NCBI GenBank assembly: GCA_964487665.1
Contig: CAZARR010000002.1
Span: 8,597-72,596, forward strand
DNA length: 64,000 nucleotides
Reading direction: 5' to 3'
Source: an uncultured Pseudomonadales bacterium
GTDB taxonomy: Bacteria > Patescibacteriota > Microgenomatia > UBA1400 > MFAQ01
Shown here: positions 1 through 10,034 of the stretch, piece by piece
How positions within the stretch are numbered: the stretch's first letter is position 1
Layout: every line of letters begins with the position of its first letter
Notes under the pieces: generated by a model
Seen by the model: the letters and a program-made list of their open reading frames with translations, nothing else
Databases searched by the model: none
Told to the model about the DNA's origin: nothing
Position numbers and translations under genes: made by a program

Positions 1-216
1 CCCCTCTTCCTCCTTCACTCTTTTTATCACCAACCCCACCTGTTCCCGATCACCCACATCCATCACCATGTATCTACATCGCAATTCTTTTGCAACTTTT
101 TTCAATTCATCCTCATTCCTAGCAGCAACAACCACACGATATCTTCTACTCAACCGCTTTGCCATCTCCCTACCCAACCCGTCACTTCCACCAGTTATCA
201 ACACAACTTTGGCCAT
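1..216 (-). CDS. SDR family oxidoreductase, N-terminal part (runs off the window edge)
   Basis: Manual translation from ATG at 216: MAKVVLITGGSDGLGREMAKRL...VVAARN...MDVGD, the SDR TGxxxGxG motif; absent from ORF track because truncated. Confidence 0.85.
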   Translation of the reverse strand, partial: MAKVVLITGGSDGLGREMAKRLSRRYRVVVAARNEDELKKVAKELRCRYMVMDVGDREQVGLVIKRVKEEEG

Positions 217-246
217 AGCACTATAATAGCGCATACCCAATAAGAT

Positions 247-642
247 ATGCCAAGATCCCCCGATTCACCTTTATTCGATCTACCAGAATTATCCGAACTC
301 AAAAACCACACTGTTATAATTTGGGGCAGAATTTCCCGAGAGCATCTGATAGCCCTTAGAGGAATAACGATTCTAAATTTTGAAGTTATTCTTGGCCTTC
401 CCGCCAAATCCTGGGCCTTGTTGGTTTATGACAACGACTTGGGAGCCTTTTTTGTCGTCCCCTTTGAGTGGATATACAAAAGCCAAATTGACCCATCTTT
501 GTACCCCATTCTCACACCCGATTTCCGTCTTAAGGATGGTGAACCACACCTCACCAGCCCAATTGCCTTTGACCAAATGCTCGAACAAAAAAATGCCTGG
601 CCCTCGAGAAAATCCGTGGGGCCAATCAAGCTCACCAAGTAA
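247..642 (+). CDS. hypothetical protein (131 aa)
   Basis: ATG ORF filling the gap, TATAAT at 222-227 upstream; no motif recognised. Confidence 0.5.
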   Translation: MPRSPDSPLFDLPELSELKNHTVIIWGRISREHLIALRGITILNFEVILGLPAKSWALLVYDNDLGAFFVVPFEWIYKSQIDPSLYPILTPDFRLKDGEPHLTSPIAFDQMLEQKNAWPSRKSVGPIKLTK

Positions 643-673
643 GCAACAATCGCTTCGAACTCGCGATCAAGAT

Positions 674-895
674 TTAGGTTTGACCTTCGTCTCCGGTCGG
701 TAATATTAATACCCCAAGTTCCGTTAGGAGAGCTGTAGCCGCCAACACACTCTCCCGACTAGCCGAGGGTAGAGGCGGCACAGCCCACTCACCACTTTCC
801 CACATCTCCTCAAATCCGGGTTCAACAGCTGCGTGAATTGATAGATCCCTCCTCCTATCTTTAGCATCTCTTCCTAGCTCAGGTAATGCTGCCAT
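674..895 (-). CDS. hypothetical protein (73 aa)
   Basis: ATG with TATAAT 7 nt upstream on the minus strand (903-908); no motif recognised. Confidence 0.5.
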   Translation of the reverse strand: MAALPELGRDAKDRRRDLSIHAAVEPGFEEMWESGEWAVPPLPSASRESVLAATALLTELGVLILPTGDEGQT

Positions 896-927
896 AACCG
901 AAATTATACACCCACTATAATCTACCC

Positions 928-2139
928 ATGTTCGAATTTAGTATCACCGGCAAACTTCTTGGCCATGGACGAACCGGAGTTTTTCAAACCCCCCACGGTA
1001 TCATCCACACCCCTGTTTTTATGCCTGTCGGTACCAACGCCTCGGTCAAATCCGTCCCCACCGAATGTCTTTTTGATCTCGGTGCCCAGATGATTCTTGC
1101 CAACAACTATCACCTTTATCTTCGCCCAGGCAGCCATCTGATTCACCAGCTTGGCGGTATCCATCGTTTTATGAACTGGGATCACCCCATTCTTACCGAC
1201 AGTGGTGGTTTTCAGGTTTTTAGTCTGGGAGAACCAAAAAAACTACGAAAATTAGCTGAACTTACCAAAAATACTACTCTACGCGATCCAAACTTAATCG
1301 AAACCTCTAACGAAGGAGTTCGTTTTCGCTCCCACCTCGATGGCTCTTCACACTTTTTTACCCCCGAGGAAGCCATCAAATCTCAGCAACTGATTGGCGC
1401 TGATATTATTATGGCTTTGGACGTTTGTACGCCCGACCTAGCCGATCGTGACACTTCCCAAATTGCCCTTCGCCGCACCCACTCTTGGTTAGCCCGTTGC
1501 AAAACCCAATGGCAAAAAACTTGTAAACATGGACCCAGTAAAATTAACCAGCAGGCACTTTTTGGCATCATTCAGGGCGCCATGTATCAGGATTTACGTC
1601 GAGAGTCTGCCCAATTTGTAGTCGATCAAAACCTACCCGGTATTGCTATCGGCGGCGAAACCATCGGTTACAACATGGCTGGAACCACCCAAGTGATGGA
1701 CTGGATCCGCGATTTGTTGCCCGACAATAAACCCCGTTACACTATGGGGCTGGGTCTCAAACCATCCGATTTACTGACAGCCATTATGGCTGGCTCCGAC
1801 ATGTTTGATTGCGTTGCCCCGACCAGATTAGCCCGTAACGGTGCCCTCTATACTGGACAAGTTAAGGTCAAAGACAATCGCTATTACTTCGAAAGCGAAT
1901 TCCCCCAAGAACGCTTAAATATTGCCAACTCACGTTTTAAAAATGACCCCAACCCTATCGATCCACGCTGTGACTGTTCGACTTGTAAACATTACTCTCT
2001 GGCTTATCTGAACCACCTGTTTCACAACAAAGAATTACTCTACTATCAATTGGCATCTATCCACAACCTACGTTTCATGATCAAAATTACCCAAGACGCC
2101 ATCAATCTTTCTCCCTATAGCCCGAAATTTGCATTATAA
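928..2139 (+). CDS. tgt: tRNA-guanine transglycosylase
   Basis: TPVFMPVGT, LTDSGGFQVFSL, FGIIQG, PRYTMG, DMFDCVAPTRLARNG, Zn site CDCSTC..H. Confidence 0.96.
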   Translation: MFEFSITGKLLGHGRTGVFQTPHGIIHTPVFMPVGTNASVKSVPTECLFDLGAQMILANNYHLYLRPGSHLIHQLGGIHRFMNWDHPILTDSGGFQVFSLGEPKKLRKLAELTKNTTLRDPNLIETSNEGVRFRSHLDGSSHFFTPEEAIKSQQLIGADIIMALDVCTPDLADRDTSQIALRRTHSWLARCKTQWQKTCKHGPSKINQQALFGIIQGAMYQDLRRESAQFVVDQNLPGIAIGGETIGYNMAGTTQVMDWIRDLLPDNKPRYTMGLGLKPSDLLTAIMAGSDMFDCVAPTRLARNGALYTGQVKVKDNRYYFESEFPQERLNIANSRFKNDPNPIDPRCDCSTCKHYSLAYLNHLFHNKELLYYQLASIHNLRFMIKITQDAINLSPYSPKFAL

Positions 2140-2365
2140 AATTCAAGGCTCCTATTTTTTCAGTCCTGGCTTTTTCAGCTGCTATCTCCAATTTCACGGC
2201 AATTACTTCCAGGCTCAACTTTTCGCCAAAATACATTTCCAACACTCGCTCCTGCTGTTCTGTTAGGACTATCTCGCTTCGGTGTCCCAACCAATACTCA
2301 TACAATCCCCTCTCGACACTATCTCTTACTGCCTTTCTTGAGAATGGCTCCTTGCCAAAAACCAA
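2102..2365 (-). CDS. small protein with sigma-70 region 4-like HTH
   Basis: LTEQQERVLEMYFGEKLSLEVIAVKLEI resembles the region-4 HTH pattern; start uncertain. Confidence 0.5.
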   Translation of the reverse strand: MVFGKEPFSRKAVRDSVERGLYEYWLGHRSEIVLTEQQERVLEMYFGEKLSLEVIAVKLEIAAEKARTEKIGALNFIMQISGYREKD

Positions 2366-2375
2366 TCGTAATGCC

Positions 2376-2912
2376 TTACCCCCCTCCTTTTACCCAGATA
2401 ATCACATCCTGACCCACGAATCCCAATTTTTCCTTCTGGGGTGATAAACCCAACGACTGAGCATAGCTGAACAAAGAGTCGAGCCAGTTGACTCCTGCTC
2501 TTTTGACAATTGGCTCATCAACAACACAACAAGGCAAAATTGCAAAACTCTTTTTGAACTCAGCCGCTGCCTGAATAATTTTCATGTTCGAGCCATGCGC
2601 ATGTAGCCCAACCAGCAGGTCAAAGTTTGCTCCATCCCTAACCTCAAATTGCTTGTTCAACCTAGTCAATCCCTCTTGTTGTGCTCTCGCAAGCCGTACT
2701 CTCTTGCCACTTTCCAGATCCCGGTACTTATGGGTAAGTTTTTGCCAGACCGGATCAATAACCACGCAATCAAAATCCTTCTGATCAAGTAAGAAGGATA
2801 ATAACCCCTTTCCCCCACCCACATCAGCCACACGACAAGGTAAGTACTGTTTTCCAATCCACTCTGCAAAAACCTGAAATCTAAACTGGTGCGGTAGCCT
2901 TCTTTTCTTCAT
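2376..2912 (-). CDS. class I SAM-dependent methyltransferase (Trm13/Trm44/METTL25-like motif layout)
   Basis: VADVGGGKG motif I, VIDP, LLVGLHAHG, FAILPCCV; starts 1 nt after the queA stop. Confidence 0.7.
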   Translation of the reverse strand: MKKRRLPHQFRFQVFAEWIGKQYLPCRVADVGGGKGLLSFLLDQKDFDCVVIDPVWQKLTHKYRDLESGKRVRLARAQQEGLTRLNKQFEVRDGANFDLLVGLHAHGSNMKIIQAAAEFKKSFAILPCCVVDEPIVKRAGVNWLDSLFSYAQSLGLSPQKEKLGFVGQDVIIWVKGGG

Positions 2913-2913
2913 A

Positions 2914-3987
2914 TCATTTTATCAACATCGCATCACCGAAACTAAACAGTTTATATTTCCCACTTATTGCTTCGCGATAAGCTCTGCCCAACAAACTACT
3001 TTCAAAATTGACAAATTTCGCACCAGTATTTGGTCTCGATACAAATGCACTAACCAGCATTAATAGCGTACTTTTTGGCAAATGAAAATTAGTTACCAAG
3101 GAGTCTGTTACTTTAAATTTATACGGGGGGTAAATATAAATTGCAGTCTCCCCGTTTCTTCCCGTCAGAAATCCCTCCTCATCACCGCAGCTTTCCAAAA
3201 CTCTGGCACTGGTTGTCCCCACAGCAATCACCCTTCCTCCTTTGCTTTTAGCCCTGTTAATTATTTCAGCGTTTTCTTTCGTCAGCTCAAACCACTCACT
3301 ATGCATTTTATGTCTAGAAATATCATCAACTTTCACCGGACGAAAGGTTCCCAGTGAAACATGCAAGTCAATTCGAACAACAATTACTCCTTGTGCCTCC
3401 ATTCTCTCAATTAAATCGGGGGTAAAATGTAAACCAGCGGTTGGGGCGGCCACCGAACCTTCCGCCTTCGCATACACCGTCTGGTAGCTCTCTCTTACTA
3501 ACTTTTCACTTTCGTTTGTATGAATGTAACTGGGTAAAGGAGTTAAGCCAATTTGATTAATCAAACTATGTAGTTCCGATTCCCCCATGTTGAACACCAT
3601 CGTCGTTACTCCATCGCCATCAATATTTTCTATCTTAGCTTCTAACCCTCGCTCAAATACCACCACACTTCCAACCTTGACACCAGGTTTAGTCAACACT
3701 TTGTATTTTGTCCCTTTAGCCCAATCCAGGATCAACATCTCCACTCTACCTCCAGTTTTCTTTTTTCCATACAACCTCGCGGGTACCACCCTACTGTCAT
3801 TCAGAACCAATACATCACCACACTTTACATAATTACTAAGATCTCTAAAATTTTTCTTTCTGATTTCTTCAGTCCTCCGATCTACCACCATTAGCCCGGC
3901 GCTATCGCGTGGATCGGCCAACCTTTGTCCGATCGCCATTTCGGGGAAAGAAAAGACAAAATCACTCAACCTTAGCATTTGCTTCAT
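2914..3987 (-). CDS. queA: S-adenosylmethionine:tRNA ribosyltransferase-isomerase
   Basis: LVLNDSRVVPARL, PLPSYI, YQTVYA..GSVAAPTAGLHFT, AVGTTS.R.LE, TNFHLPKSTLLMLVSAF, FSFGDAM. Confidence 0.96.
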   Translation of the reverse strand: MKQMLRLSDFVFSFPEMAIGQRLADPRDSAGLMVVDRRTEEIRKKNFRDLSNYVKCGDVLVLNDSRVVPARLYGKKKTGGRVEMLILDWAKGTKYKVLTKPGVKVGSVVVFERGLEAKIENIDGDGVTTMVFNMGESELHSLINQIGLTPLPSYIHTNESEKLVRESYQTVYAKAEGSVAAPTAGLHFTPDLIERMEAQGVIVVRIDLHVSLGTFRPVKVDDISRHKMHSEWFELTKENAEIINRAKSKGGRVIAVGTTSARVLESCGDEEGFLTGRNGETAIYIYPPYKFKVTDSLVTNFHLPKSTLLMLVSAFVSRPNTGAKFVNFESSLLGRAYREAISGKYKLFSFGDAMLIK

Positions 3988-4255
3988 CCTTTATTCTTTT
4001 CACCTTCCACATAAACAGTTTCCCTGGACTCTTTGTGTTGGTTGCACCTTTCACAAAACTTCGAGCTTCCTCCAAAATAAATCTTGGTGTGTTTTTACAT
4101 AGTCGCATGTACAAACTAGTATGCTCAATGTCACCAAGTTCCAACGCCAACCGATAAGCATAGTCCTGCCACTCCCGACTAATCCTCCGTTGCTTATTAG
4201 TCTCAACTTTGTAATTACTCAAGATTCCACCCAATGAACTGAATCCTCCTGCCAT
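3962..4255 (-). CDS. hypothetical protein (97 aa)
   Basis: ATG at 4255 (MAGGFSSLGG...EWQDYAYRLALELGD...KLFMWK); the longer ORF-track extension is antisense to the next gene. Confidence 0.65.
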   Translation of the reverse strand: MAGGFSSLGGILSNYKVETNKQRRISREWQDYAYRLALELGDIEHTSLYMRLCKNTPRFILEEARSFVKGATNTKSPGKLFMWKVKRIKDEANAKVE

Positions 4256-4283
4256 AGACAAGAGTTGATTATAATCAACTCTT

Positions 4284-5153
4284 GTGTCCAATAGACGACT
4301 GATTATCATTGTTTGTTTTCTAGGCATTGCCATTCTCGCCCCCTTTTCATTCAAAATAATTCCACACTCCACCACCACCTCAATCGCGATCGTCACCCCA
4401 TCGTCACCCCCACCTGTGGTTACGACGCTTATTACCCCAACCCCCACACCACCACCTTCGCTGCCTCCCGCCACCCCCCAACCAAAGGGCCCCTGTATCA
4501 ATTTACCGGTTCTAACCTACCACCACGTACAGCCACAAACCCAGGCTCTGGCAAAACACCAGACCAGTCTTACTGTCTATACCCCTGTCTTTTCTCAACA
4601 GATGCAGTACCTCAAAGATAAGGGTTATCACTCTATTAGACCAATTGATTTGGTCAATTGTTTCAACCAAGTGAGCTTGCTACCTTCAAAACCAATTCTG
4701 ATTACATTCGATGACGGCTACGAGGATTTCCACACCGATGCATACCCAGTCCTCAAGCAACTTTCTCTCTACTCTGTCATGTTCCTTCCCACTGGGTTGA
4801 TAGAAAATCCTGATTACCTAAACTGGAATACCCTTAACTTCATCAACTCCGAAGGGTTAGTTGAATTCGCCAATCACACTTGGTCACACCAACAGCTCAA
4901 AACTGATACACAAACTGTCCAAAAAGAAATCTCGACTGCTCACTCGCAATTGTCCGAACGCGGACTAAACCAGACAAAAACTTTTGCCTACCCTTATGGA
5001 ACTGTCAGCTCGCAGGCAATTTTATCGCTCACCAAATTGAGATATCAGCTTGGCTTCACCACCAAACGGGGGACATTTTTGTGCAAAGACAATCAGCTAA
5101 CCCTACCGCGTATTCACATCGGCAATTTACCCTTATCCGCGTATGGTCTCTGA
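4284..5153 (+). CDS. polysaccharide deacetylase (CE4), N-terminal anchor and Pro/Thr linker
   Basis: LPVLTYHHV, LITFDDG, HTWSH, FAYPYG, LPRI. Confidence 0.9.
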   Translation: MSNRRLIIIVCFLGIAILAPFSFKIIPHSTTTSIAIVTPSSPPPVVTTLITPTPTPPPSLPPATPQPKGPCINLPVLTYHHVQPQTQALAKHQTSLTVYTPVFSQQMQYLKDKGYHSIRPIDLVNCFNQVSLLPSKPILITFDDGYEDFHTDAYPVLKQLSLYSVMFLPTGLIENPDYLNWNTLNFINSEGLVEFANHTWSHQQLKTDTQTVQKEISTAHSQLSERGLNQTKTFAYPYGTVSSQAILSLTKLRYQLGFTTKRGTFLCKDNQLTLPRIHIGNLPLSAYGL

Positions 5154-5663
5154 CAGGGACATAACAGCCTCACCGACTTCCTTAACGAATAGCTCTTGCT
5201 CCCCCTCCGAAAAATTTGCCAACACATAGTCCTCTCCCGACACCCCCCTGTCTCCATCCCGACTATCAACTCCCAAACGAACTCGCCAAAATTCTTTTCC
5301 AATTGATCGTTCCACAGAAGAAACACCGTTGTGTACTTTTGGTCCCACTCCGCGTTGCATCTTCCAGCTACCCAATCTCAGATCCAAATCATCATGAACG
5401 ACCCATACTTCCGCTAATTCAATCTTAAAATAATCAATCACCCTTTGTACTACTACCCCCGACTCATTCATGTACTTACCGGGTTTTAGCAAAAGTAAAT
5501 TATCTGCCACTTCATTGACCCAACCTCCCCATTTCTTCTTTTCCATCCAACCAGCCCCATCGCCCAATTCTACAGCCAGCCTATCCACAAAAACAAACCC
5601 CGCATTGTGCCTGTTGCGCCTATGTTCCTCACCCGGATTTCCCAAACCAACAATCAGTTTCAT
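5133..5663 (-). CDS. pth: peptidyl-tRNA hydrolase
   Basis: LIVGLGNPG, RHNAGF, YMNESG, VHDDLD, HNG, RVRLGV. Confidence 0.95.
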   Translation of the reverse strand: MKLIVGLGNPGEEHRRNRHNAGFVFVDRLAVELGDGAGWMEKKKWGGWVNEVADNLLLLKPGKYMNESGVVVQRVIDYFKIELAEVWVVHDDLDLRLGSWKMQRGVGPKVHNGVSSVERSIGKEFWRVRLGVDSRDGDRGVSGEDYVLANFSEGEQELFVKEVGEAVMSLSETIRG

Positions 5664-5683
5664 TCAGCTATAATTCTACCAGC

Positions 5684-6538
5684 ATGAAACATGCTATCAA
5701 CATCTCAGTGGTCATTCCCTGTCTCAACGAAGAAAAAGATCTTCCCAACCTGCTTCACGACCTGGCGCGCCAAACCTCCAGGAATTTCGAGGTAATTGTG
5801 GTCGACGGTCACAGTGATGACAAAACCATTGACAAAATCAAACCTATCTCCACCAAACTACCTCAGTTTCACCTCCTTAGTACTTCCAAGCGAAACGTAT
5901 CATTCCAACGAAATCTCGGCGGCCGTGCGGCAATTGGTAAGTACATCATTTTTATGGACGCTGACAATCGGTTGCCCAAATTTTTCATCGAAGGCATTAG
6001 CTATCGCTTGAACTCCCAAAACACTGACGTATTTACCACCTGGTGCGAACCAGATAGAAATACAGCTACTGCCAAGGCAATTGCCTCATTGTTCAACTTT
6101 GGGATCGAAGCGGGAAAACTGACTGATGTTCCATATGCCCAAGGGGCGATGATCGGTCTCTCGTCACAAAAATTTCGTCAAACTACCGGTTTCGACGAAA
6201 ACATTACCTTCACCGAAGACGCAGAATATATCAGGCGTTGTTATCGCCATGGATTTACCTTCTCTATCTTTAAAGACCCTCGTTACAGAATTTCTCTTCG
6301 ACGATTTCGCCGTCAAGGAACCATCAGAAGCATTGGCCAATATGCCAGACTACACCTAAAGAGTCTGACGGGAAAAGCAATAGATCAGACGAGCGAATAC
6401 CCTATGGGAGGGGCTATTTTCAAAAAGAACGAAAACAGTTTTCTCAACATAACTAAAAACATTATCGACTCGACCACCAACAATCCCGGAGGATTTAAAA
6501 AGATCCAAAAAATCATCAAAAACTCTTTTGAAAACTAG
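5684..6538 (+). CDS. glycosyltransferase family 2
   Basis: SVVIPCLNEE, VVDGHSDD, QRNLG, FMDAD, ED. Confidence 0.9.
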   Translation: MKHAINISVVIPCLNEEKDLPNLLHDLARQTSRNFEVIVVDGHSDDKTIDKIKPISTKLPQFHLLSTSKRNVSFQRNLGGRAAIGKYIIFMDADNRLPKFFIEGISYRLNSQNTDVFTTWCEPDRNTATAKAIASLFNFGIEAGKLTDVPYAQGAMIGLSSQKFRQTTGFDENITFTEDAEYIRRCYRHGFTFSIFKDPRYRISLRRFRRQGTIRSIGQYARLHLKSLTGKAIDQTSEYPMGGAIFKKNENSFLNITKNIIDSTTNNPGGFKKIQKIIKNSFEN

Positions 6539-7509
6539 CCTGTAAGCATCTCCAAACCTACCAACATCAAATATACCCCTATCAAAACCACCCCCTCCCA
6601 ACGGTCCAGCCGCTTTTTAGTCGATACGAATAACCAGAACAAGACAAAGGTCACCACAAAACCCAAAGAGAAGACTGAATATTTCCACACAGGTACTACC
6701 ATGACTGGCCTGATCATGGCAGTGATTCCAATTATCCAAGTCGAGTTTGTTACTACACTCCCAAGCAAATCTCCAAAAACCAATGCCGACTGCTTCTGGC
6801 GTATCGCTTCAATGGCCAAGACCAGTTCTGGTAGACTAGTTCCCACTGCTACCACCACCAGAGAAACAAAGACGATACTCAATCTCAACACTTCCGCCAG
6901 TGCCACCGCTCCCACGACCACCTGATTGGCGCTAAACAGCATCAAAAGCAACATCAAAGCCATTTTTACCAACATTCTGTCAATTCTCCCCTCGTGCCAT
7001 GTTCTAATTGTTCTCAAAAACGTATGTTGGTACTTCCCCTGTTTGATCAACTTGGTGTGCTTGTTCAGCGCCAAATTGTCCCTGACATAAAGAAGATAAG
7101 CCAATAGTAACATTACTCCATCAACCCTGCTCAAACTCCCGTCAAGCATCAACACCAACGGCATTAATCCAGCCACCAAAGCAGCTGACATTTCCCAGCG
7201 TATAAATCCACCTACAATTCCTACCGATCCCGAAGCTAATGCTGCTATCCCTACGATAAATGAAATGTTAAAGATATTACTACCCAACACATTTCCCAAA
7301 GAAACCTCCCCTATTCCTCTAATTGACGAGGTCACTGCCACCAAAAGCTCCGGCAGGGTAGTAAACATCGCTACTGCCACAGCCGCTATGGCCAAACTAT
7401 GCCAGCCGGTTCTAACCATCAACCGTTTGAACATATCTACACTCACTCTCGAGGCAAAGATCAGTACAAACGCCCAAAAGAATAAATATCCAGACCAAAG
7501 TAACAACAT
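6535..7509 (-). CDS. Na+/Ca2+ exchanger (YrbG/CaCA family)
   Basis: Two alpha repeats TTLPEL..GNVLGSN and GTSLPEL..GDLLGS; about 10 TM segments. Confidence 0.88.
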   Translation of the reverse strand: MLLLWSGYLFFWAFVLIFASRVSVDMFKRLMVRTGWHSLAIAAVAVAMFTTLPELLVAVTSSIRGIGEVSLGNVLGSNIFNISFIVGIAALASGSVGIVGGFIRWEMSAALVAGLMPLVLMLDGSLSRVDGVMLLLAYLLYVRDNLALNKHTKLIKQGKYQHTFLRTIRTWHEGRIDRMLVKMALMLLLMLFSANQVVVGAVALAEVLRLSIVFVSLVVVAVGTSLPELVLAIEAIRQKQSALVFGDLLGSVVTNSTWIIGITAMIRPVMVVPVWKYSVFSLGFVVTFVLFWLFVSTKKRLDRWEGVVLIGVYLMLVGLEMLTG

Positions 7510-7529
7510 TACTCTAATTTAAACACAAA

Positions 7530-10031
7530 TTAACGCCAATAACCTAAAGCTCTCTTAAAACACTCAAATAAGCCAAATTCCAACACCGACAAACTCACAA
7601 CAATTAGCCAGTATATTCCCAATGGTCTTGTCTCAAACATCCACCAACCCAATGGAGTTTGAATTGCCATAAATAATAGCAAACCGCTCAATAGCAACCC
7701 CCTATTAAGCCATCGACTTTTCATCGTCTTTTTTCTCAACGCCAGTCCATGCAAATCTTTCACGCTAAATGCGTAAAGGAGTGCTGTCAAACCCAAAATC
7801 GCAAAGCTCATTGTCCTAGCAAACACATCGCCCTGCCCCAGTCCAAGCCAAAAACCTACCATCATCATCAGTGCCGATGACACCGACACCAGTGTAATTA
7901 ACAACCAATCACGCCGATCAAGCAAACCCTCCAATCTTCTTCCCGGTTCCAATCTACCCAAACTGTTACCATCTACAATCAATGCAACATACGGCCAGCT
8001 ACCACTCACCAAATTTATCCACAATATTTGCACAGGAATCAACGGCATAGGCAAATTAAAGATCAAACTAAAAACGATCACCCCCACTCCGGCAAAAGAC
8101 CCTACCATTAGATACATCAAACCTCGCCTAAAATTTGCCAGCACTCTTTTTCCCTCCACGATCCCCTCTAGTAACACACCCAAATTTCTCTTGACGAGAA
8201 TAATATCACCAGCGTCACGCGCCACATCAGTACCACTTTTGACCACTACCCCCACGTCCGCCTTCTTCAAGGCCAAGGCATCATTCATTCCGTCACCCAT
8301 CATTGCCACCAGATGACCTCCCTTTTGCAGGCAATCAACTATTGCCAACTTCTGCTCTGGCTTAACTCGCGCAAACAATACTTTCTCCGATATCATCGCA
8401 CTAGACATCCTTGAATTCTCAATTATTTGACTTCCCGTAATCACCATTTTCTCTACCAACGCTCCCCTTACTAAATTCAGACCTCGCAACAGTGCCCATG
8501 CCGTCTCTTTATAATCACCGGTAATTAATTTTACTTTCAAACCTAAACCCACCATTTTTTGAATAACTTTTCTGGCTCCGGGGCGAAGTGGATCGACAAA
8601 AGCAACCACCCCCAGATATTCAAAATTCGAACCCATAATCTTATCAACCTTACTTTTTTCAACTCCATCACGCTTAGCAAACCCCACCAACCGCCACCCC
8701 TTGTCGGCCCACATTGAAAATGCCTTTCTCCACTCACTTTTTTGTTTCTCTGTCAAGGTACACCGCTCCAGTAGCACCTCTGGGGCTCCACTCAAAAAAT
8801 CCACGCCGATGCCCTTGTAATTATGCCTAGTCATGATCAGGCTGGTCTTGTGGTCAAACGGCACACCATCGATTCGCTGCCATAGCGCTTCTATTTGCGC
8901 CGCCTTTTTCACACCAATTAACCTCCTGGCCCAACCATCCATGGCAATTTCCAAAGGATCTCGGTGGTCGTTACACACGATTGCCGCACAAACTAATTCG
9001 GTAGGGGACTTTTCGAACTCCTTTTTACCTACAAGTACACCACTCGGCCTGTCGGTGACAGCCACAACCCTCATTGTTCCCATTGTCAACGTTCCGGTTT
9101 TATCCAGGCATACCGTATCCACACTTCCCAACGTCTCTACCGCCATTAATCGTCTAACCAATATGCCAGCTGTGTTCATTCTTCTCATTCCCGCCACCAA
9201 ACTTACCGTCAAACCAATCCCCATTCCTTCGGGCACCAAAGCAACCGCCAACGAGACCGCCAAGGTCAGCATCTGGTACCACCCCCTGTGAGCCAACCCT
9301 CCTCCAATCACCAAAATAAGCGACAAAATCAGAGCTACCACCAACAACCTCCAACTCAGTTCCCTCACCATTTTTGCCAAAGAGGTCCCTTTTGTCTGGG
9401 TCTGCGCCAAGCTAGTCACCAATCTACCAATCGAACTTTTCTCTCCTGTCCTTAGCACCAGCATATCCGCCAACCCCCTCTCGACAACTGTCCCTGCAAA
9501 TAACTTGCTCGTATCACTTAAGTTTTCAAATTCTAGCTTTTTAGTATTTTTTACAGTTTTTTTAAATACGCCCACACTTTCTCCGCTGATATTTGACTCA
9601 TCCACCTTCAAACCGTCCTGCCAGACCAATACCCCATCTGCTGGAATTTTGCACCCTATTTCCAACCTTACCAGGTCCCCCACCACTACCATTTTCCTAT
9701 CAACCATTGAGTAAACACCATCTCTTATTACCTTAACTGGCGAACCGATCCCCTCAAATAATAATTTGATCGTCTTCCCCGCTTTGTATTCTTGTGCGAA
9801 TCCCAACACCAAATTAAAAACTATCACCACCATAATTACCGCACCATCGGCAATTTCGCCAACTGCTAAGGATATTACCGCCGCAATAAACAACAGCACT
9901 ACCAGCGGAGACCTCATTTGATTTAAAAGCAACTTCAACAACCCAAATCGATCGTGAGCTTTAAATACGTTCGGTCCATCTCTCTCAAAAATTTTTCTAG
10001 CCTGTTCACTCGTCAGACCTAGCTTGTCCAT
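7530..10031 (-). CDS. cation-transporting P-type ATPase (P2-like)
   Basis: SGES, PEG, DKTGTLT, DPLRP, ITGD, GDGMND. Confidence 0.92.
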   Translation of the reverse strand: MDKLGLTSEQARKIFERDGPNVFKAHDRFGLLKLLLNQMRSPLVVLLFIAAVISLAVGEIADGAVIMVVIVFNLVLGFAQEYKAGKTIKLLFEGIGSPVKVIRDGVYSMVDRKMVVVGDLVRLEIGCKIPADGVLVWQDGLKVDESNISGESVGVFKKTVKNTKKLEFENLSDTSKLFAGTVVERGLADMLVLRTGEKSSIGRLVTSLAQTQTKGTSLAKMVRELSWRLLVVALILSLILVIGGGLAHRGWYQMLTLAVSLAVALVPEGMGIGLTVSLVAGMRRMNTAGILVRRLMAVETLGSVDTVCLDKTGTLTMGTMRVVAVTDRPSGVLVGKKEFEKSPTELVCAAIVCNDHRDPLEIAMDGWARRLIGVKKAAQIEALWQRIDGVPFDHKTSLIMTRHNYKGIGVDFLSGAPEVLLERCTLTEKQKSEWRKAFSMWADKGWRLVGFAKRDGVEKSKVDKIMGSNFEYLGVVAFVDPLRPGARKVIQKMVGLGLKVKLITGDYKETAWALLRGLNLVRGALVEKMVITGSQIIENSRMSSAMISEKVLFARVKPEQKLAIVDCLQKGGHLVAMMGDGMNDALALKKADVGVVVKSGTDVARDAGDIILVKRNLGVLLEGIVEGKRVLANFRRGLMYLMVGSFAGVGVIVFSLIFNLPMPLIPVQILWINLVSGSWPYVALIVDGNSLGRLEPGRRLEGLLDRRDWLLITLVSVSSALMMMVGFWLGLGQGDVFARTMSFAILGLTALLYAFSVKDLHGLALRKKTMKSRWLNRGLLLSGLLLFMAIQTPLGWWMFETRPLGIYWLIVVSLSVLEFGLFECFKRALGYWR

Positions 10032-10034
10032 CGA

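Noticed and set aside
4390-4490. C-rich low-complexity repeat
   Set aside because: Encodes the Pro/Thr linker of the deacetylase.
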